Positions 7,527 through 18,185 of a stretch of DNA of 55,256 nucleotides are shown here, one piece after another. The translations under genes were made by a program, and so were the position numbers. Location of the stretch: the IMG/VR virus record IMGVR_UViG_3300045988_123498; one strand, written 5' to 3'. Each line of letters starts with the position of its first letter. Positions within the stretch are counted from its first letter, which is position 1. The notes under the pieces are model-generated. The model worked only from the letters and a program-made list of their open reading frames with translations, ran no database searches and was not told the DNA's origin. The stretch comes from a virus.

Positions 7527-10500
7527 CTACATCCTTTCTTCTACTCGGACTGCGTTTATAAGCTGTAAGACTGCGTTCGCTATAGTTGAACCGTCGTCGT
7601 AGGAAATTCCATTTATTTCGTAATTGTTTACTGTTTTAGGTGTACCGGATACGTTCTTCAAAATATCAAGCGGAGATATAGTGTTCGAACGATTAGCGTT
7701 AAACATGCTATTGGACGTAGCCGCTAATCCGAACGAAGTACTAATACTAAATCCGTCAAATATAGAGTTAATCCGTTTACCGCCAGATGTAATATCTGAT
7801 AAATCAAGAATCGGTCTAATTGTAGGCTGAAACTCAGTCGATAAACTAATAGCGTTCGCTACGTCTTCTGCGGCGCTTTGTAATCCGTTTGCTTTAGTAC
7901 CAGCGTGACCACGTGTCTTTTTATCGATTGTAGAGTATATACCGTCGAGTATAATACCAGCCCTATCTTTTGCTCTATCAGCTTTATCAGACATACCGTC
8001 AATGATGGAAGATATTATTTTTACACCGATATTGTAGAAATCATTTGTAGCAGTCGGGCCTATTCCCAAACGATAATTGAATTCAGCAATTATAAGTGAC
8101 ACTACATTACCAGCGCCGATTCTTATGCTTTCTTTTTTATTATCATCATTTAAGGTATTGGCTATTGTTTCCATAACTGTAGTCATTATAGTTGCTATCG
8201 GTTTTTCGATAGGGTCTAACAATGCGTCACTGAAACCTCTTCTCGTTATTTCACCAGCAGAATAACCTGCGGAATATAAGTCCTTATATCCATCTTTATA
8301 TGCTAAAACATAATTGTCGATAGAGATATGAGCGAATTCTACTAATGCTTCAGCGAAATTTTCCAAACCAGAGAAATCGTAATCCGCCATTTTGGTACTA
8401 AAATCATACATAGCATCAGCTAACGCCGTTAACTTAGCACCAAATGAATTAGCACCGGTTGTAGTTACACTTTCCATACTTGCACCAGCCGCTGATAAAT
8501 CGTTTATCGCTTTCGCTGCGCTTGTTACAGCCGTTTCATCTATGTTCTTTACTTTATCGCTAAAACCTTTAATTTTTTCGCCTAAAGTTTTGAAATTATC
8601 ACCGAACTTACCGATTAGATTCTTATCCAAAATAGCTTTATTGCCATTTTCTTCGGACGGTAATACACCGAGAATGCTTGTAACAATATAACTTACATCA
8701 TCCACCATGCCTTTAGGGTCGTCGCCTAAATTACCGTCAACTGTGGATGAGAAATTTACTACTGACGTACCGAAACTTTCCAGCTGGACGCCGAAATCAC
8801 TCAAGTCTTTTTCAGACGTGAATAATGATGATATAACACCCTGTTGAGGAGCTAACGAGTTTGTTAAAGAAGCGAAAATATTACCTGCGTAATACGCTGC
8901 GTCTACTGCTCTAGGATTGATTTTAACAGTACCGTTTTCATCGACGACAGCATCACTAAATCTAATCATAGATTGTCCGTAAGCTTCTATACTAAGACCG
9001 AAGTCTTCTAAGCTTTTGGAGCCAGCTACTTTTTGCCAGAAACCGTTTCTCGTAGGAACTTTTCCGTTTAACTCAGCCATTATTCCGCCAGCATCTGCAG
9101 CGGCTTGAATCGATTCTGTATTTAATCTACTCTTACCTTCAGAATCAGTAACAGTATTACTAAACAAAACCATAGCGGCACCATATGCAGCACAACTTGC
9201 TCCAAATAAACCTAGGTCAGTTTCACCCATTATTTTACTAACCCAACCTTTACGTTTAGGAATTTTATCGGCCAATTCTGTCATTAATAATCCGGCTTTC
9301 TTTGCTGTATCTATCGCGCCTAAGTTTATTACGCTGTTACCTTCATCATCTGTTAACGCGTTGTTCATGGCCACTATTGCAATTCCAAAACCAGCTACTG
9401 ATGCGCTAAACGAATCGAAGTCAGCATCATTAAATGCCGCGACTGCCGGTATTGCTTCTTGTAATGAAGTAATCATTTCGCCTATAGATACAGCAGCAGT
9501 AACAGCTTCGACATCGATATTACCAGATACGACGTTGGAAAACTCTACCGCAGCATAACCGAATGATACCAATTTCGATAACATGATATCAAAAGTATCA
9601 CTTGAACCAGTAAAAAACTCTATGAAACCGGTTAAACTTTGGAGTAGTTCAGCCTTTGTTATCATCATTAATGCGTCGCATAATGCTTTAGCTCCCATTG
9701 CTCCATCTGGTCCCATTTGTTTACAAGCAATAATAAACGGTATAGATGCAACAGCAAATTTGCTTAATTGAACGCCAAGGTCGAACATACTAGGAACGAA
9801 CGGTAGTAAATTAGTTATTCCTTCAATTAATTGGGCTACACATAATGCTAATATAGAAGCTACTAAAATTCCGGCACCAGTAAGAACCTGCTCATCAGCG
9901 GCGAGTTTCATTACTTCTATGAAACCATTATTTAAATTGTTAGCGAAGTCGCTAAGTGCTTGACCAAACGCAGGTAAAATTTGCATTATTCCTTCGGCTA
10001 TACCGGCTATAAACGCGCCAATCATTTGTCCTACTGTGTTAGCAAGTTTAATCATGATAGGAGCGCCTGTATTAATATACTCTTCTATTTGAGGATATTT
10101 TGATGCTAAGGCGCCGATTGCAGTTATTAAACCTCCCAATACAACCAATACCGCCGATAATGCTCCTATAGCTACACTAGCTATTAAAGCTAATGGTGCT
10201 AACGGAGCGACTTTAATTAATACGTCTGATATTGCGTTTAGTAAGAATACTAATATTATTGCATTTGCAGTAGCGTTGTCTATGCCTTGCATTAACGCTA
10301 AAACACCGACTATAGCCAACATGGACACTATAACACCGGCTAATATAATCATAGCTGCTTTCCATCCAGCACCAAGAACATCTAACGATAACACTGCGGC
10401 AACTAAACCTAACGCGATTATTAATGGTACCATTGCCAACATAATTGCGGTTAAAGCTAGAGCGCTTGGAATAGCATTATTTACGTTCTTTAACATTAAT

Positions 10501-13500
10501 AACGATGCCGAAATTATTAACATAGCTCCACAAACCATTATTATTAAAGCTAACATTGATTTTATAACGCTCTCGTCTAGTGTAACATTAGCATAAGATA
10601 ATATTACGACAGCCGCAGCCAATGCATTTATTAAAATAGCTAAAGATAATGCTGTTTTGATACTTGTTTTAACCTTAAGTTTATCCATAGCTAATAATAT
10701 CGCGCCTAATATGCCCATTACTAGTGACATTATTACTAACGATTTTAATGCACCTTTTTTTATCTCTTTCGATTGACTTAATATCAATACTGCAGCTGCT
10801 AGTGCATTTATAAGGACAGCTAAACTTAAAACGGTAACTATGTTAGATTCAACATGTAACGTATCGAGTAAAAATAAGATACCACCTATAATAACTAAAA
10901 CGCCAGATATAATATAGAGCGCCGTAATTGTTTTACTATCTAAATCCTTAACTTTGGATATTATTGCTAGCGACGACGCTAACGCCAACATTAAAATACC
11001 CAACGCTATAGCTGTACCTAAAGCAGTCTTAGAATCAACACCCAATTCGCACATACCGTATATAACACCAGCTATTATTATAAGTAGTACTCCTACTGAA
11101 ATCATACCTTTAATAGCTTCTTTAGACCCATTAGCGTACTTAGATGCTATCATCATGCCAGATATAGCAGCTGCCAATATCGTCATAGCACCAACGGCGC
11201 TGTATAATCGTTCTGGCTTTATTAAAGAAAATAGTAATATAGCTACAGTCACTACTGATAGCATGGCAACTATTGCAAGTAAAGATTTTCTAGCATCGCT
11301 TTTAACTTCACCAGCTGCAACCATCAAACCGGATATTAAAATAGCGAATATTCCTATTACAGTTACACCTTTTTCCAAAAGACGTGTCGGTACAAAACCT
11401 ATCGCTACAGCCAAAGCACCCATTAAAACCATAGCGAATGTAACTAATAATATAGTACCACCTATTGATAAAGCACTACCTTTAACATCGCCCATGAAAT
11501 GACCGACTGCAATTAATGCAGATACTAAGCCTGCAAATATCCATAAAACACCTATTCCTCGTTTTAAGTTTTTGTCGCTTATTTTAGATATAGCCTTTAT
11601 AACTAAGGTCATTACTCCGAACGCAATAGCTATGTATAATATCATTTTACCGACATTGCTATAAGCTCGTTTAGAACCAGCGCTATTAGAATTGAGGAAG
11701 TCGATAACACCTTGAACAACCATTAATGCTATGACTAGACCAGTGAATTTCTTTAATGTATTTATTCCTCTATCGGCATCTTTTTCAGATATACTACCAG
11801 CGTACTTTACAACTTTCGCCATTACTAAAAATGATACGGATATGTATAGCATGTTCTTTCCGGCGTTGTTCATTGACTTACACAGTGCGTTAATGGCCAT
11901 CATCTGTATAACCATCCATTTAAAGGCGTTTAATGTGACTAAACCTTTAAATATCGTATCAGAATCCATTTTTCCTACGGATTTCATAACGTTAGCCATT
12001 ATTAAAAATGAAATTGCTATGTATACCATAGTTTTTCCAGCGCCATTGACTTTATTCGATATAGCCGATAACGGTATTAATGTTAAAGCAATAAGCCATA
12101 AAGCACCCATCATAACTATTGCTTGAGCTACGTTCTCTTGTTTTATACTAGCTAATATCGTAAACGCCAAAGCCATCAGGAAGAAACTGGCAGCTATACC
12201 TATAAGATTTAATACTGTGTCGTTTATAATCTTTTTATCTTTATCGATTTTATTAAACGATGACGATTTTTTGTCTAAAAAGTACATTAACGTCACAAGT
12301 GCTGCTAATATGATGGTTATAATTTCAATAACTGTAATTGCACGTTTCAAACCATCATCATCGATTTTAGATAAAAGAAATATAGATGCTGATATTAAAG
12401 CGATGCTAATTGCTATAGAATATATCATCTGAGTTACAGCTTTTATTTTTTTAGCTTTTCCTAACTCAGTCATTAAGTTGTTAATGCCGATTGTTAAATT
12501 GTTTGCAGCTTTTGTTAAAATAGTTAACGGATTGTTAGATACTATTTCAGATATTTTATCTAACGTTGAATCTAATTTTCCAACTCCTTTAGCTAACGAA
12601 ATCGCTAATCCTCCGAAAATAATAGTACCCCATGGAATTTTAGAAAAAAACTCCAGAATTTTAGGCATGTTAGTTATTAAATATTTAACGCCTGATACTG
12701 TTAAATCTTTCAGAGTAGTTATAGCCTTGCCTACGAACTTAGTAACGGCCTCTACAGTGGTCATAGTAGCATTGCCTATACCAACTGCGAATCCTTCACC
12801 AGTCAATTCACCGTATTCCATAGGAACTCTAGCAGGCGAATGTATTCCTAAAATCTCCCGTAAAGTCGATAATATAGTGTTTGCTAAAAGTCCTACAACT
12901 TCTTTAACTTTAACAATACCACTTTTTAATCCGTTTACCAAACCAGATATTATGTATTCTGGTATATTATCTGTGTTTTTTAATCCATCAATCCATTTTG
13001 AAGTTTTATCTATTAACTCGGATATTACACTTCCGACTTTAGTTAAAATACTTCTTAAAACACTGCTGTTTTTTATCCAATCAACGACCTTTGTAACTAC
13101 TTTTTCTATAAAGTATGCTACACCTTGTAAAATAGTACCTAAACCAGACGCGATTTTATTTAATAAATCGTTTTCTTTAGCCCAATTATAGATTGACTTA
13201 GCAGCGTCGACTATTAGTTTGATTATCGGTGTTAATATTCGTTTTATTCCGTTTAAAATTCCGGAGCTCTTTAAAGTATTTTTTATCCAATTCCTAACTG
13301 CTACTATTGCGTCGCCCAACGCAGCAGTTACATCTAAAATTTTTATACCAAACGTCTCAAAAATAAAACGAATGGCTTTCATCGCTAGTGAAACACCTCC
13401 ACCAACGACCATTCTAATTAAATCTAATACAGCGAATAATCCATTGAACGTTCGCGTTATCTTGTTGGATACTTCTTCTGTAATTTGTAGCTCAGAAGTT

Positions 13501-15074
13501 AACTTTCTAAACCCAGCAATAAGATTGAAAACAGGATTTACATTGTCTAAGCTACCGAATATATTATTCCACGATTTGGAAATCGATTTACCGAGACTTT
13601 TTATTATTTTAACTATATTAGATAGACTATCTAATAATAAACTCGACATAGACAGAAGACTATGGTCTTTGACTACATCGTCTACAGAATATCCAGCTTT
13701 ATTAGCGTATATACTTAATTGTGCCATTGCGTCAGATAAGCCAGAAACAGACGTTTTCGTAGCTGCGTAGTTTCTTTTTGTTAACGCTAATGTGTTATTG
13801 CTTAAATTTATTACTTGGTTGCTATCAGAAACGTTATTAGTTAAATCATCTATTGTATTAGATAACTGTTCCGCATGTCTATACGTAGAACCAAGGGTTT
13901 CGTTTACTCCATTTTGAACTTCTACCCAGTTATATCCCGCGTTAGTTAATTTGTCCCAACGTTTAGCACCAACATCCCATTTTCCGTTAATAACTTCGTT
14001 TATAACATCAGAAGCGTTAGTAATTATTTTAGATGTTGATTGTACCTTAGTCCCTATATCGTCAAACGTCTGCTTAACCGCTGTGAACGGTTTTAGGATT
14101 TTAGAAGCTATACTTGAAAAATCTATTTTATTAATTATAGACGTTGCCCAATTTATAGCTTTGATGGCTATATCGACTATTTTAGAGATTGTCGGAGCCA
14201 ACGTGTCTTTTAATTCGTTTGTTTTTACCCTAAGAGCATTAAATAATTGAACTAATGCACCGTTTTGTTCAATCAGCGGGGAATAGAATAAAGCACCTAT
14301 TCTTCCTAACGCAGATTTTACGTTTGATAAGGCACCAGTCATCGTTTCGTTAGCTTTCTTAGCATGTTCTCCGAATGCGGAATCCATAGCTTGAGAAAAC
14401 ATATCGAAACTGATTTGACCTTTTGATACCATATCTCTAACAGCGGCTTCTGTCAATCCAAATTCTTCAGCTAACGTAGCTGCCGCGTTCATACCCCTGC
14501 CTGACAATTGCAATAACTGGTCACCCATCAATCGACCTTGACCAGCAACCTGCGTAAATATCCTGCCGATATCTTCATACGAAGAATTTGTCATGGCTGC
14601 AACACCAGCTATACCTCGTAAAGCAGTAAACATCTGGTCTCCAGCTTTAACGTTTGATGCTGCTAACTGAGAAGCTACTTTAGCTGCTGCATCCAATCCA
14701 TATGCTGTTCCATCGACAGATTTACTAACGTCGTTCATTATTTCTGAAACTTTTTCTTCGTCTTTTAATAAACCTTGTAACTGGAAGTGTGCATTTTCAA
14801 GGTTTTCTGCTCGACGTTTACCACCTTCTGTCACACTTTTAAGTGCGGCGTCGATTCCTTTTATAGCGTATTTTATAGCTATAAAAGTCTTAACTTCAGT
14901 TCCAATTTTCGTTACATAAGAATATAAATTGGATATATCTTTGGACAATTTTGTTGTGTCCAAAGTCCGTTGTAATTTATCTAATGTGTTTATAGTTACC
15001 TTGGCATTCTTTTCAAACGACGCATTATCGAACTTCATCGATAATACTCTTTCGTCTACTCCTTTGCCGCTCAT
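7527..15074 (-). CDS. Tape measure protein (2515 aa)
   Basis: The N-terminal TMP core is ...AAKVASQLAASNVKAGDQMFTALRGIAGVAAMTNSSYEDIGRIFTQVAGQGRLMGDQLLQLSGRGMNAAATLAEEFG. There is a huge hydrophobic repeat region, and the gene sits between the chaperones and the distal tail genes. Confidence 0.9.
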   Translation of the reverse strand: MSGKGVDERVLSMKFDNASFEKNAKVTINTLDKLQRTLDTTKLSKDISNLYSYVTKIGTEVKTFIAIKYAIKGIDAALKSVTEGGKRRAENLENAHFQLQGLLKDEEKVSEIMNDVSKSVDGTAYGLDAAAKVASQLAASNVKAGDQMFTALRGIAGVAAMTNSSYEDIGRIFTQVAGQGRLMGDQLLQLSGRGMNAAATLAEEFGLTEAAVRDMVSKGQISFDMFSQAMDSAFGEHAKKANETMTGALSNVKSALGRIGALFYSPLIEQNGALVQLFNALRVKTNELKDTLAPTISKIVDIAIKAINWATSIINKIDFSSIASKILKPFTAVKQTFDDIGTKVQSTSKIITNASDVINEVINGKWDVGAKRWDKLTNAGYNWVEVQNGVNETLGSTYRHAEQLSNTIDDLTNNVSDSNQVINLSNNTLALTKRNYAATKTSVSGLSDAMAQLSIYANKAGYSVDDVVKDHSLLSMSSLLLDSLSNIVKIIKSLGKSISKSWNNIFGSLDNVNPVFNLIAGFRKLTSELQITEEVSNKITRTFNGLFAVLDLIRMVVGGGVSLAMKAIRFIFETFGIKILDVTAALGDAIVAVRNWIKNTLKSSGILNGIKRILTPIIKLIVDAAKSIYNWAKENDLLNKIASGLGTILQGVAYFIEKVVTKVVDWIKNSSVLRSILTKVGSVISELIDKTSKWIDGLKNTDNIPEYIISGLVNGLKSGIVKVKEVVGLLANTILSTLREILGIHSPARVPMEYGELTGEGFAVGIGNATMTTVEAVTKFVGKAITTLKDLTVSGVKYLITNMPKILEFFSKIPWGTIIFGGLAISLAKGVGKLDSTLDKISEIVSNNPLTILTKAANNLTIGINNLMTELGKAKKIKAVTQMIYSIAISIALISASIFLLSKIDDDGLKRAITVIEIITIILAALVTLMYFLDKKSSSFNKIDKDKKIINDTVLNLIGIAASFFLMALAFTILASIKQENVAQAIVMMGALWLIALTLIPLSAISNKVNGAGKTMVYIAISFLIMANVMKSVGKMDSDTIFKGLVTLNAFKWMVIQMMAINALCKSMNNAGKNMLYISVSFLVMAKVVKYAGSISEKDADRGINTLKKFTGLVIALMVVQGVIDFLNSNSAGSKRAYSNVGKMILYIAIAFGVMTLVIKAISKISDKNLKRGIGVLWIFAGLVSALIAVGHFMGDVKGSALSIGGTILLVTFAMVLMGALAVAIGFVPTRLLEKGVTVIGIFAILISGLMVAAGEVKSDARKSLLAIVAMLSVVTVAILLFSLIKPERLYSAVGAMTILAAAISGMMIASKYANGSKEAIKGMISVGVLLIIIAGVIYGMCELGVDSKTALGTAIALGILMLALASSLAIISKVKDLDSKTITALYIISGVLVIIGGILFLLDTLHVESNIVTVLSLAVLINALAAAVLILSQSKEIKKGALKSLVIMSLVMGILGAILLAMDKLKVKTSIKTALSLAILINALAAAVVILSYANVTLDESVIKSMLALIIMVCGAMLIISASLLMLKNVNNAIPSALALTAIMLAMVPLIIALGLVAAVLSLDVLGAGWKAAMIILAGVIVSMLAIVGVLALMQGIDNATANAIILVFLLNAISDVLIKVAPLAPLALIASVAIGALSAVLVVLGGLITAIGALASKYPQIEEYINTGAPIMIKLANTVGQMIGAFIAGIAEGIMQILPAFGQALSDFANNLNNGFIEVMKLAADEQVLTGAGILVASILALCVAQLIEGITNLLPFVPSMFDLGVQLSKFAVASIPFIIACKQMGPDGAMGAKALCDALMMITKAELLQSLTGFIEFFTGSSDTFDIMLSKLVSFGYAAVEFSNVVSGNIDVEAVTAAVSIGEMITSLQEAIPAVAAFNDADFDSFSASVAGFGIAIVAMNNALTDDEGNSVINLGAIDTAKKAGLLMTELADKIPKRKGWVSKIMGETDLGLFGASCAAYGAAMVLFSNTVTDSEGKSRLNTESIQAAADAGGIMAELNGKVPTRNGFWQKVAGSKSLEDFGLSIEAYGQSMIRFSDAVVDENGTVKINPRAVDAAYYAGNIFASLTNSLAPQQGVISSLFTSEKDLSDFGVQLESFGTSVVNFSSTVDGNLGDDPKGMVDDVSYIVTSILGVLPSEENGNKAILDKNLIGKFGDNFKTLGEKIKGFSDKVKNIDETAVTSAAKAINDLSAAGASMESVTTTGANSFGAKLTALADAMYDFSTKMADYDFSGLENFAEALVEFAHISIDNYVLAYKDGYKDLYSAGYSAGEITRRGFSDALLDPIEKPIATIMTTVMETIANTLNDDNKKESIRIGAGNVVSLIIAEFNYRLGIGPTATNDFYNIGVKIISSIIDGMSDKADRAKDRAGIILDGIYSTIDKKTRGHAGTKANGLQSAAEDVANAISLSTEFQPTIRPILDLSDITSGGKRINSIFDGFSISTSFGLAATSNSMFNANRSNTISPLDILKNVSGTPKTVNNYEINGISYDDGSTIANAVLQLINAVRVEERM

Positions 15075-15460
15075 AAATATTTCACCTCCGACCAGACAGC
15101 GTCTACCAGCTCTTCAAACACCGGCTTTAGGGCTGGATTAATATAATCTACTCCTTCAACCCATCCGCCGTTTCCAGTGGCATGTCCTGTTTGTAATATT
15201 ATCGCTATGTTAACGTAATTGTGTATATTAGAGTTATGAAATATCAAAGAATATTTACCTCTATTGTCGGTCTCTATTGTATAGTACCATGACTTAGACG
15301 TTAAACCGGTGTCTTTTGGTGTATACTTTTCTAAATTTTGTACACCAATTTTTCCGTATTTCTCCAGAACACTTATTTTTATAATATCTGACAACGAGTA
15401 TAATAATTTTTTAGACTTTTTAAAATTACCACGACTATCTATTTTGATTATTTGTGTCAT
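15071..15460 (-). CDS. HK97 gp10-like tail/neck component
   Basis: 129 aa with motif KYTPKDTGLTSKSWYY, resembling the P.DTG.L..S signature of the HK97 gp10 family. Confidence 0.75.
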   Translation of the reverse strand: MTQIIKIDSRGNFKKSKKLLYSLSDIIKISVLEKYGKIGVQNLEKYTPKDTGLTSKSWYYTIETDNRGKYSLIFHNSNIHNYVNIAIILQTGHATGNGGWVEGVDYINPALKPVFEELVDAVWSEVKYL

Positions 15461-15464
15461 ATGT

Positions 15465-16019
15465 TTAACCCGATGAATGTAATTTAGCTTTTCTAGCTTC
15501 GTTCAATCTAGCTCTATCTACTAACTGTGACCTAGTCAGATTTCTCTTACCTTTCGAGTTGTTATTCTTAATCTGAAATACTTTAAGTAAACTTAACAAT
15601 CTATTCAGATGCCATTTTTCACACTCTTTAGGTATACCACACGAGAACATCATATAGTATATTAATTCTGACGTCATAGGCTCGTTTGATGAAGAACCTC
15701 CTCGTCTTAATGAGTTTTCGTCAAAGTAACAGGCACTCATTGGGTCTTGGATGTACTCGTTTATCTCCTGTTGATTTTTCTCCGTCAATAATAAATAGGC
15801 GGAATCGTCGGTACACTTAATCGTCATACATTTTATATAGTAAAGCATCTCTTCACTAGTTTTCTTTTGCTTTGACAAAAAAGTTTTATGGTACCGACTT
15901 TCCCACCTTGAGACAGAGACAAGAGAATGTTCTAAGGTTAAACTGATTTCATTGTGATAAAGGAAAGTATTTGTTCGTTCGTCCCAATATTCCGCTGCGG
16001 GAATTTTTATTGTTAACAT
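15465..16019 (-). CDS. Tail-module protein (possible second assembly chaperone)
   Basis: 184-aa ORF with an AAGAGGTAAGAGA RBS, between the gpG-position gene and the TMP. No slippery-site overlap seen. Confidence 0.75.
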   Translation of the reverse strand: MLTIKIPAAEYWDERTNTFLYHNEISLTLEHSLVSVSRWESRYHKTFLSKQKKTSEEMLYYIKCMTIKCTDDSAYLLLTEKNQQEINEYIQDPMSACYFDENSLRRGGSSSNEPMTSELIYYMMFSCGIPKECEKWHLNRLLSLLKVFQIKNNNSKGKRNLTRSQLVDRARLNEARKAKLHSSG

Positions 16020-16040
16020 TCTCTTACCTCTTATGTTATA

Positions 16041-16445
16041 TTAGTTTTTAGCCATATCTTCCTTGGCTTTTCTTACAGCGTCTGCAATATTCCTAGGAAG
16101 AATCTGGTCTACAAAGCGTGCTGCTTCATCAGCGTCCGTAAGAAGCATCATGTAATATACAGAATAAGCTTCGGACTGTCTGAACTCTTCTCTAATCTTA
16201 TCAGTCTTCTCGAAACGCTTACCATCGTCAGATTTAACACCGTATGCCATCATGAGAAGTTCATCGAAAATATAAGCGATTTCCTCAATGTCGTTAGAAT
16301 CAACAATCCTTTTAAGGTATTCCTGATATCCACCACCACGCTTAAACTGCATCTTTGTAAGTTCAGCTTCGTTAAGATTAAAATAGAGCTTAGTCTTACA
16401 ATCCAATCCGTTATAATCTTTGTATTCGATTTCTTTAATATACAT
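16041..16445 (-). CDS. Tail assembly chaperone (gpG position)
   Basis: 134-aa acidic ORF immediately downstream of the major tail protein. Confidence 0.75.
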   Translation of the reverse strand: MYIKEIEYKDYNGLDCKTKLYFNLNEAELTKMQFKRGGGYQEYLKRIVDSNDIEEIAYIFDELLMMAYGVKSDDGKRFEKTDKIREEFRQSEAYSVYYMMLLTDADEAARFVDQILPRNIADAVRKAKEDMAKN

Positions 16446-16479
16446 ATTTGTGTACCTCCATTTTGATTTGTTTTAAATA

Positions 16480-17169
16480 TTATTCTCCGTCAGGAGTCAT
16501 AAGAGTCTTCACTTCGTCGGGAAGAGGAAGTCTGGGCGCTACGCCATCATCCCCGTTTGTCTGAGTGGGGTCTTTACCATAAAGAATAGTTTCAAGAGCA
16601 GCAAGTTTGGTCTTGTCGCACTTGGTAGAATCAATAGTGATACAAGATGTAGGCTTGAAACCACTCACTGATACAGGGGTCGTAGAAAGTTCCCAAGAAA
16701 ACGTATTCGCTTCAGGGGAATCACTGATAGTGGAATAAGCCCTCTCAGAGGGAGATGCCTTACATCCATAGATAAGATGCAGCTTATAACCATAATCGTT
16801 ACCATCAGTATCATTACCCAAAACAGTACGGTACGAAAGACCAAACGTCTCCCTCTTCTGCTGACCGATACTTACGCCAGAAACAAGGTCTGCAGTACCG
16901 TCACATTTTTCGAATTCAGCAGGATAAGTATATGCTTCAATTGTAGCACCGAATTCTTCATTACTAATAAGATTCAAATACTTAATATCGTCAGCATAAA
17001 GTGCAGTGCTCTCAGCACCAGAAGGTGATTCAGTGATTGCTGTTACACCATTCCAAGCGCATCCGTCGTTGTAAACGCCATTGGCCTGAGTATAGAGAAC
17101 TACGTTCTTAACACCAGTCTCATAGAAACGTTCCGAAGCCTTGTCCCATACAATCTTATTCTTACTCAT
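16480..17169 (-). CDS. Major tail protein (phi13-like)
   Basis: 229 aa. The N-terminus MSKNKIVWDKASERFYETGVKNVVLY... is typical of the phi13-family major tail protein. The local GC is higher, as in highly expressed genes. Confidence 0.8.
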   Translation of the reverse strand: MSKNKIVWDKASERFYETGVKNVVLYTQANGVYNDGCAWNGVTAITESPSGAESTALYADDIKYLNLISNEEFGATIEAYTYPAEFEKCDGTADLVSGVSIGQQKRETFGLSYRTVLGNDTDGNDYGYKLHLIYGCKASPSERAYSTISDSPEANTFSWELSTTPVSVSGFKPTSCITIDSTKCDKTKLAALETILYGKDPTQTNGDDGVAPRLPLPDEVKTLMTPDGE

Positions 17170-17184
17170 AATTTTATCTCCTTT

Positions 17185-17490
17185 TTACCAATAAATATAA
17201 AGTACCCAATGATTCAAATTGTCAGCCGGATAAAATCTGACAAAACTCGCGTATTCGAAACTGTCTAGTATTTTATCGCATATCTTAGAATCTGGGTTTC
17301 TGTCAATGATGATGACAGAATATCTTTTGAATTGTTTATAGTTTATTCCATCTGCGTGCGAAATATCAATATCGTCGATGGAGTAACGAATAGCAGGATA
17401 TTTCATTAATACATTAGGGGGAGATTGAAAGTAAACATTTTTAGATTGTAAAATTTCTTCAAATTTATTATGTAAACTAATCCTGTCCAT
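17185..17490 (-). CDS. Head-tail joining / tail completion protein
   Basis: 101-aa ORF in the neck module. The call rests on position only. Confidence 0.75.
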   Translation of the reverse strand: MDRISLHNKFEEILQSKNVYFQSPPNVLMKYPAIRYSIDDIDISHADGINYKQFKRYSVIIIDRNPDSKICDKILDSFEYASFVRFYPADNLNHWVLYIYW

Positions 17491-17866
17491 TATACAATCC
17501 CCCGCAAGTTATAGTTACTCTTGGAGATGTTGTAACATCTACACTAGTAACTTTCCATTTTGATTTTTTCCAGACTATATAGGAAATTCTGTGAAAATAC
17601 TCCCAGAAGTATTTGTCCGGGATGAAATTTATACTAAAAGATATGTCTAGCTCATCATTAAAATCGTTAGAGCTTTTCGAATTCAAGTATTTTTTAACAA
17701 AATTTCCAGTATAAGTCTTTTCGACTACTTCTTCGCCCCATACACCGGGAGAGGTTTCGACGTAATTGCCGAAACCTATTTTTCCACAAAATTTCATAAA
17801 TGTTTTTAGTCTGTTATAATTGTCAAATTTTTGATTATACTTTATGAGGCTTAGATACCCCGTCAT
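17477..17866 (-). CDS. Head-tail joining protein
   Basis: The track start 17869 is GTG, and ATG follows at 17866. It overlaps neighbours at both ends, which suggests translational coupling. Confidence 0.7.
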   Translation of the reverse strand: MTGYLSLIKYNQKFDNYNRLKTFMKFCGKIGFGNYVETSPGVWGEEVVEKTYTGNFVKKYLNSKSSNDFNDELDISFSINFIPDKYFWEYFHRISYIVWKKSKWKVTSVDVTTSPRVTITCGGLYNGQD

Positions 17867-18167
17867 CACTGACGCTATCTAAAAGTCTAAATGCGACAGT
17901 ACCTGAGGGTTCTCCTTCTCCAAGATAAGCCAAATGTCCAATATTAGGTGAATCTGTGGTTGCGAAACTAACTGGCATCATCATTTCATTAGAATCACCA
18001 TAAGTAAAGACAATTATACAACCCTTCATAAATGCGTTCTTAAGCTCAGAAGTTTTATACGGCACAGTGCACTCCTTATCGGAATAAGCTTTGGTATCGC
18101 TAGCCTTACTATATACGATAATGTTAGCGCAATTCTTATCTTCTGCTCGATTATAAATCCTATCCAT
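17835..18167 (-). CDS. Head-associated small protein
   Basis: 110-aa ORF directly after the capsid gene. Confidence 0.75.
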   Translation of the reverse strand: MDRIYNRAEDKNCANIIVYSKASDTKAYSDKECTVPYKTSELKNAFMKGCIIVFTYGDSNEMMMPVSFATTDSPNIGHLAYLGEGEPSGTVAFRLLDSVSDDGVSKPHKV

Positions 18168-18185
18168 GTTTGTTACCTCCTACGT

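Noticed and set aside
7624-14250. Many plus-strand track ORFs (62-237 aa) lie inside the tape measure gene. Similar ones lie opposite other long genes (for example 5987..6763, 22689..23078, 28876..29433, 30597..31943 and 49096..49672).
   Set aside because: They lie fully antisense to long, well-supported minus-strand genes. They lack SD sequences and have low-complexity, Ile/Leu/Ser-rich translations typical of shadow frames in AT-rich DNA. No plus-strand gene is otherwise evident in the genome.
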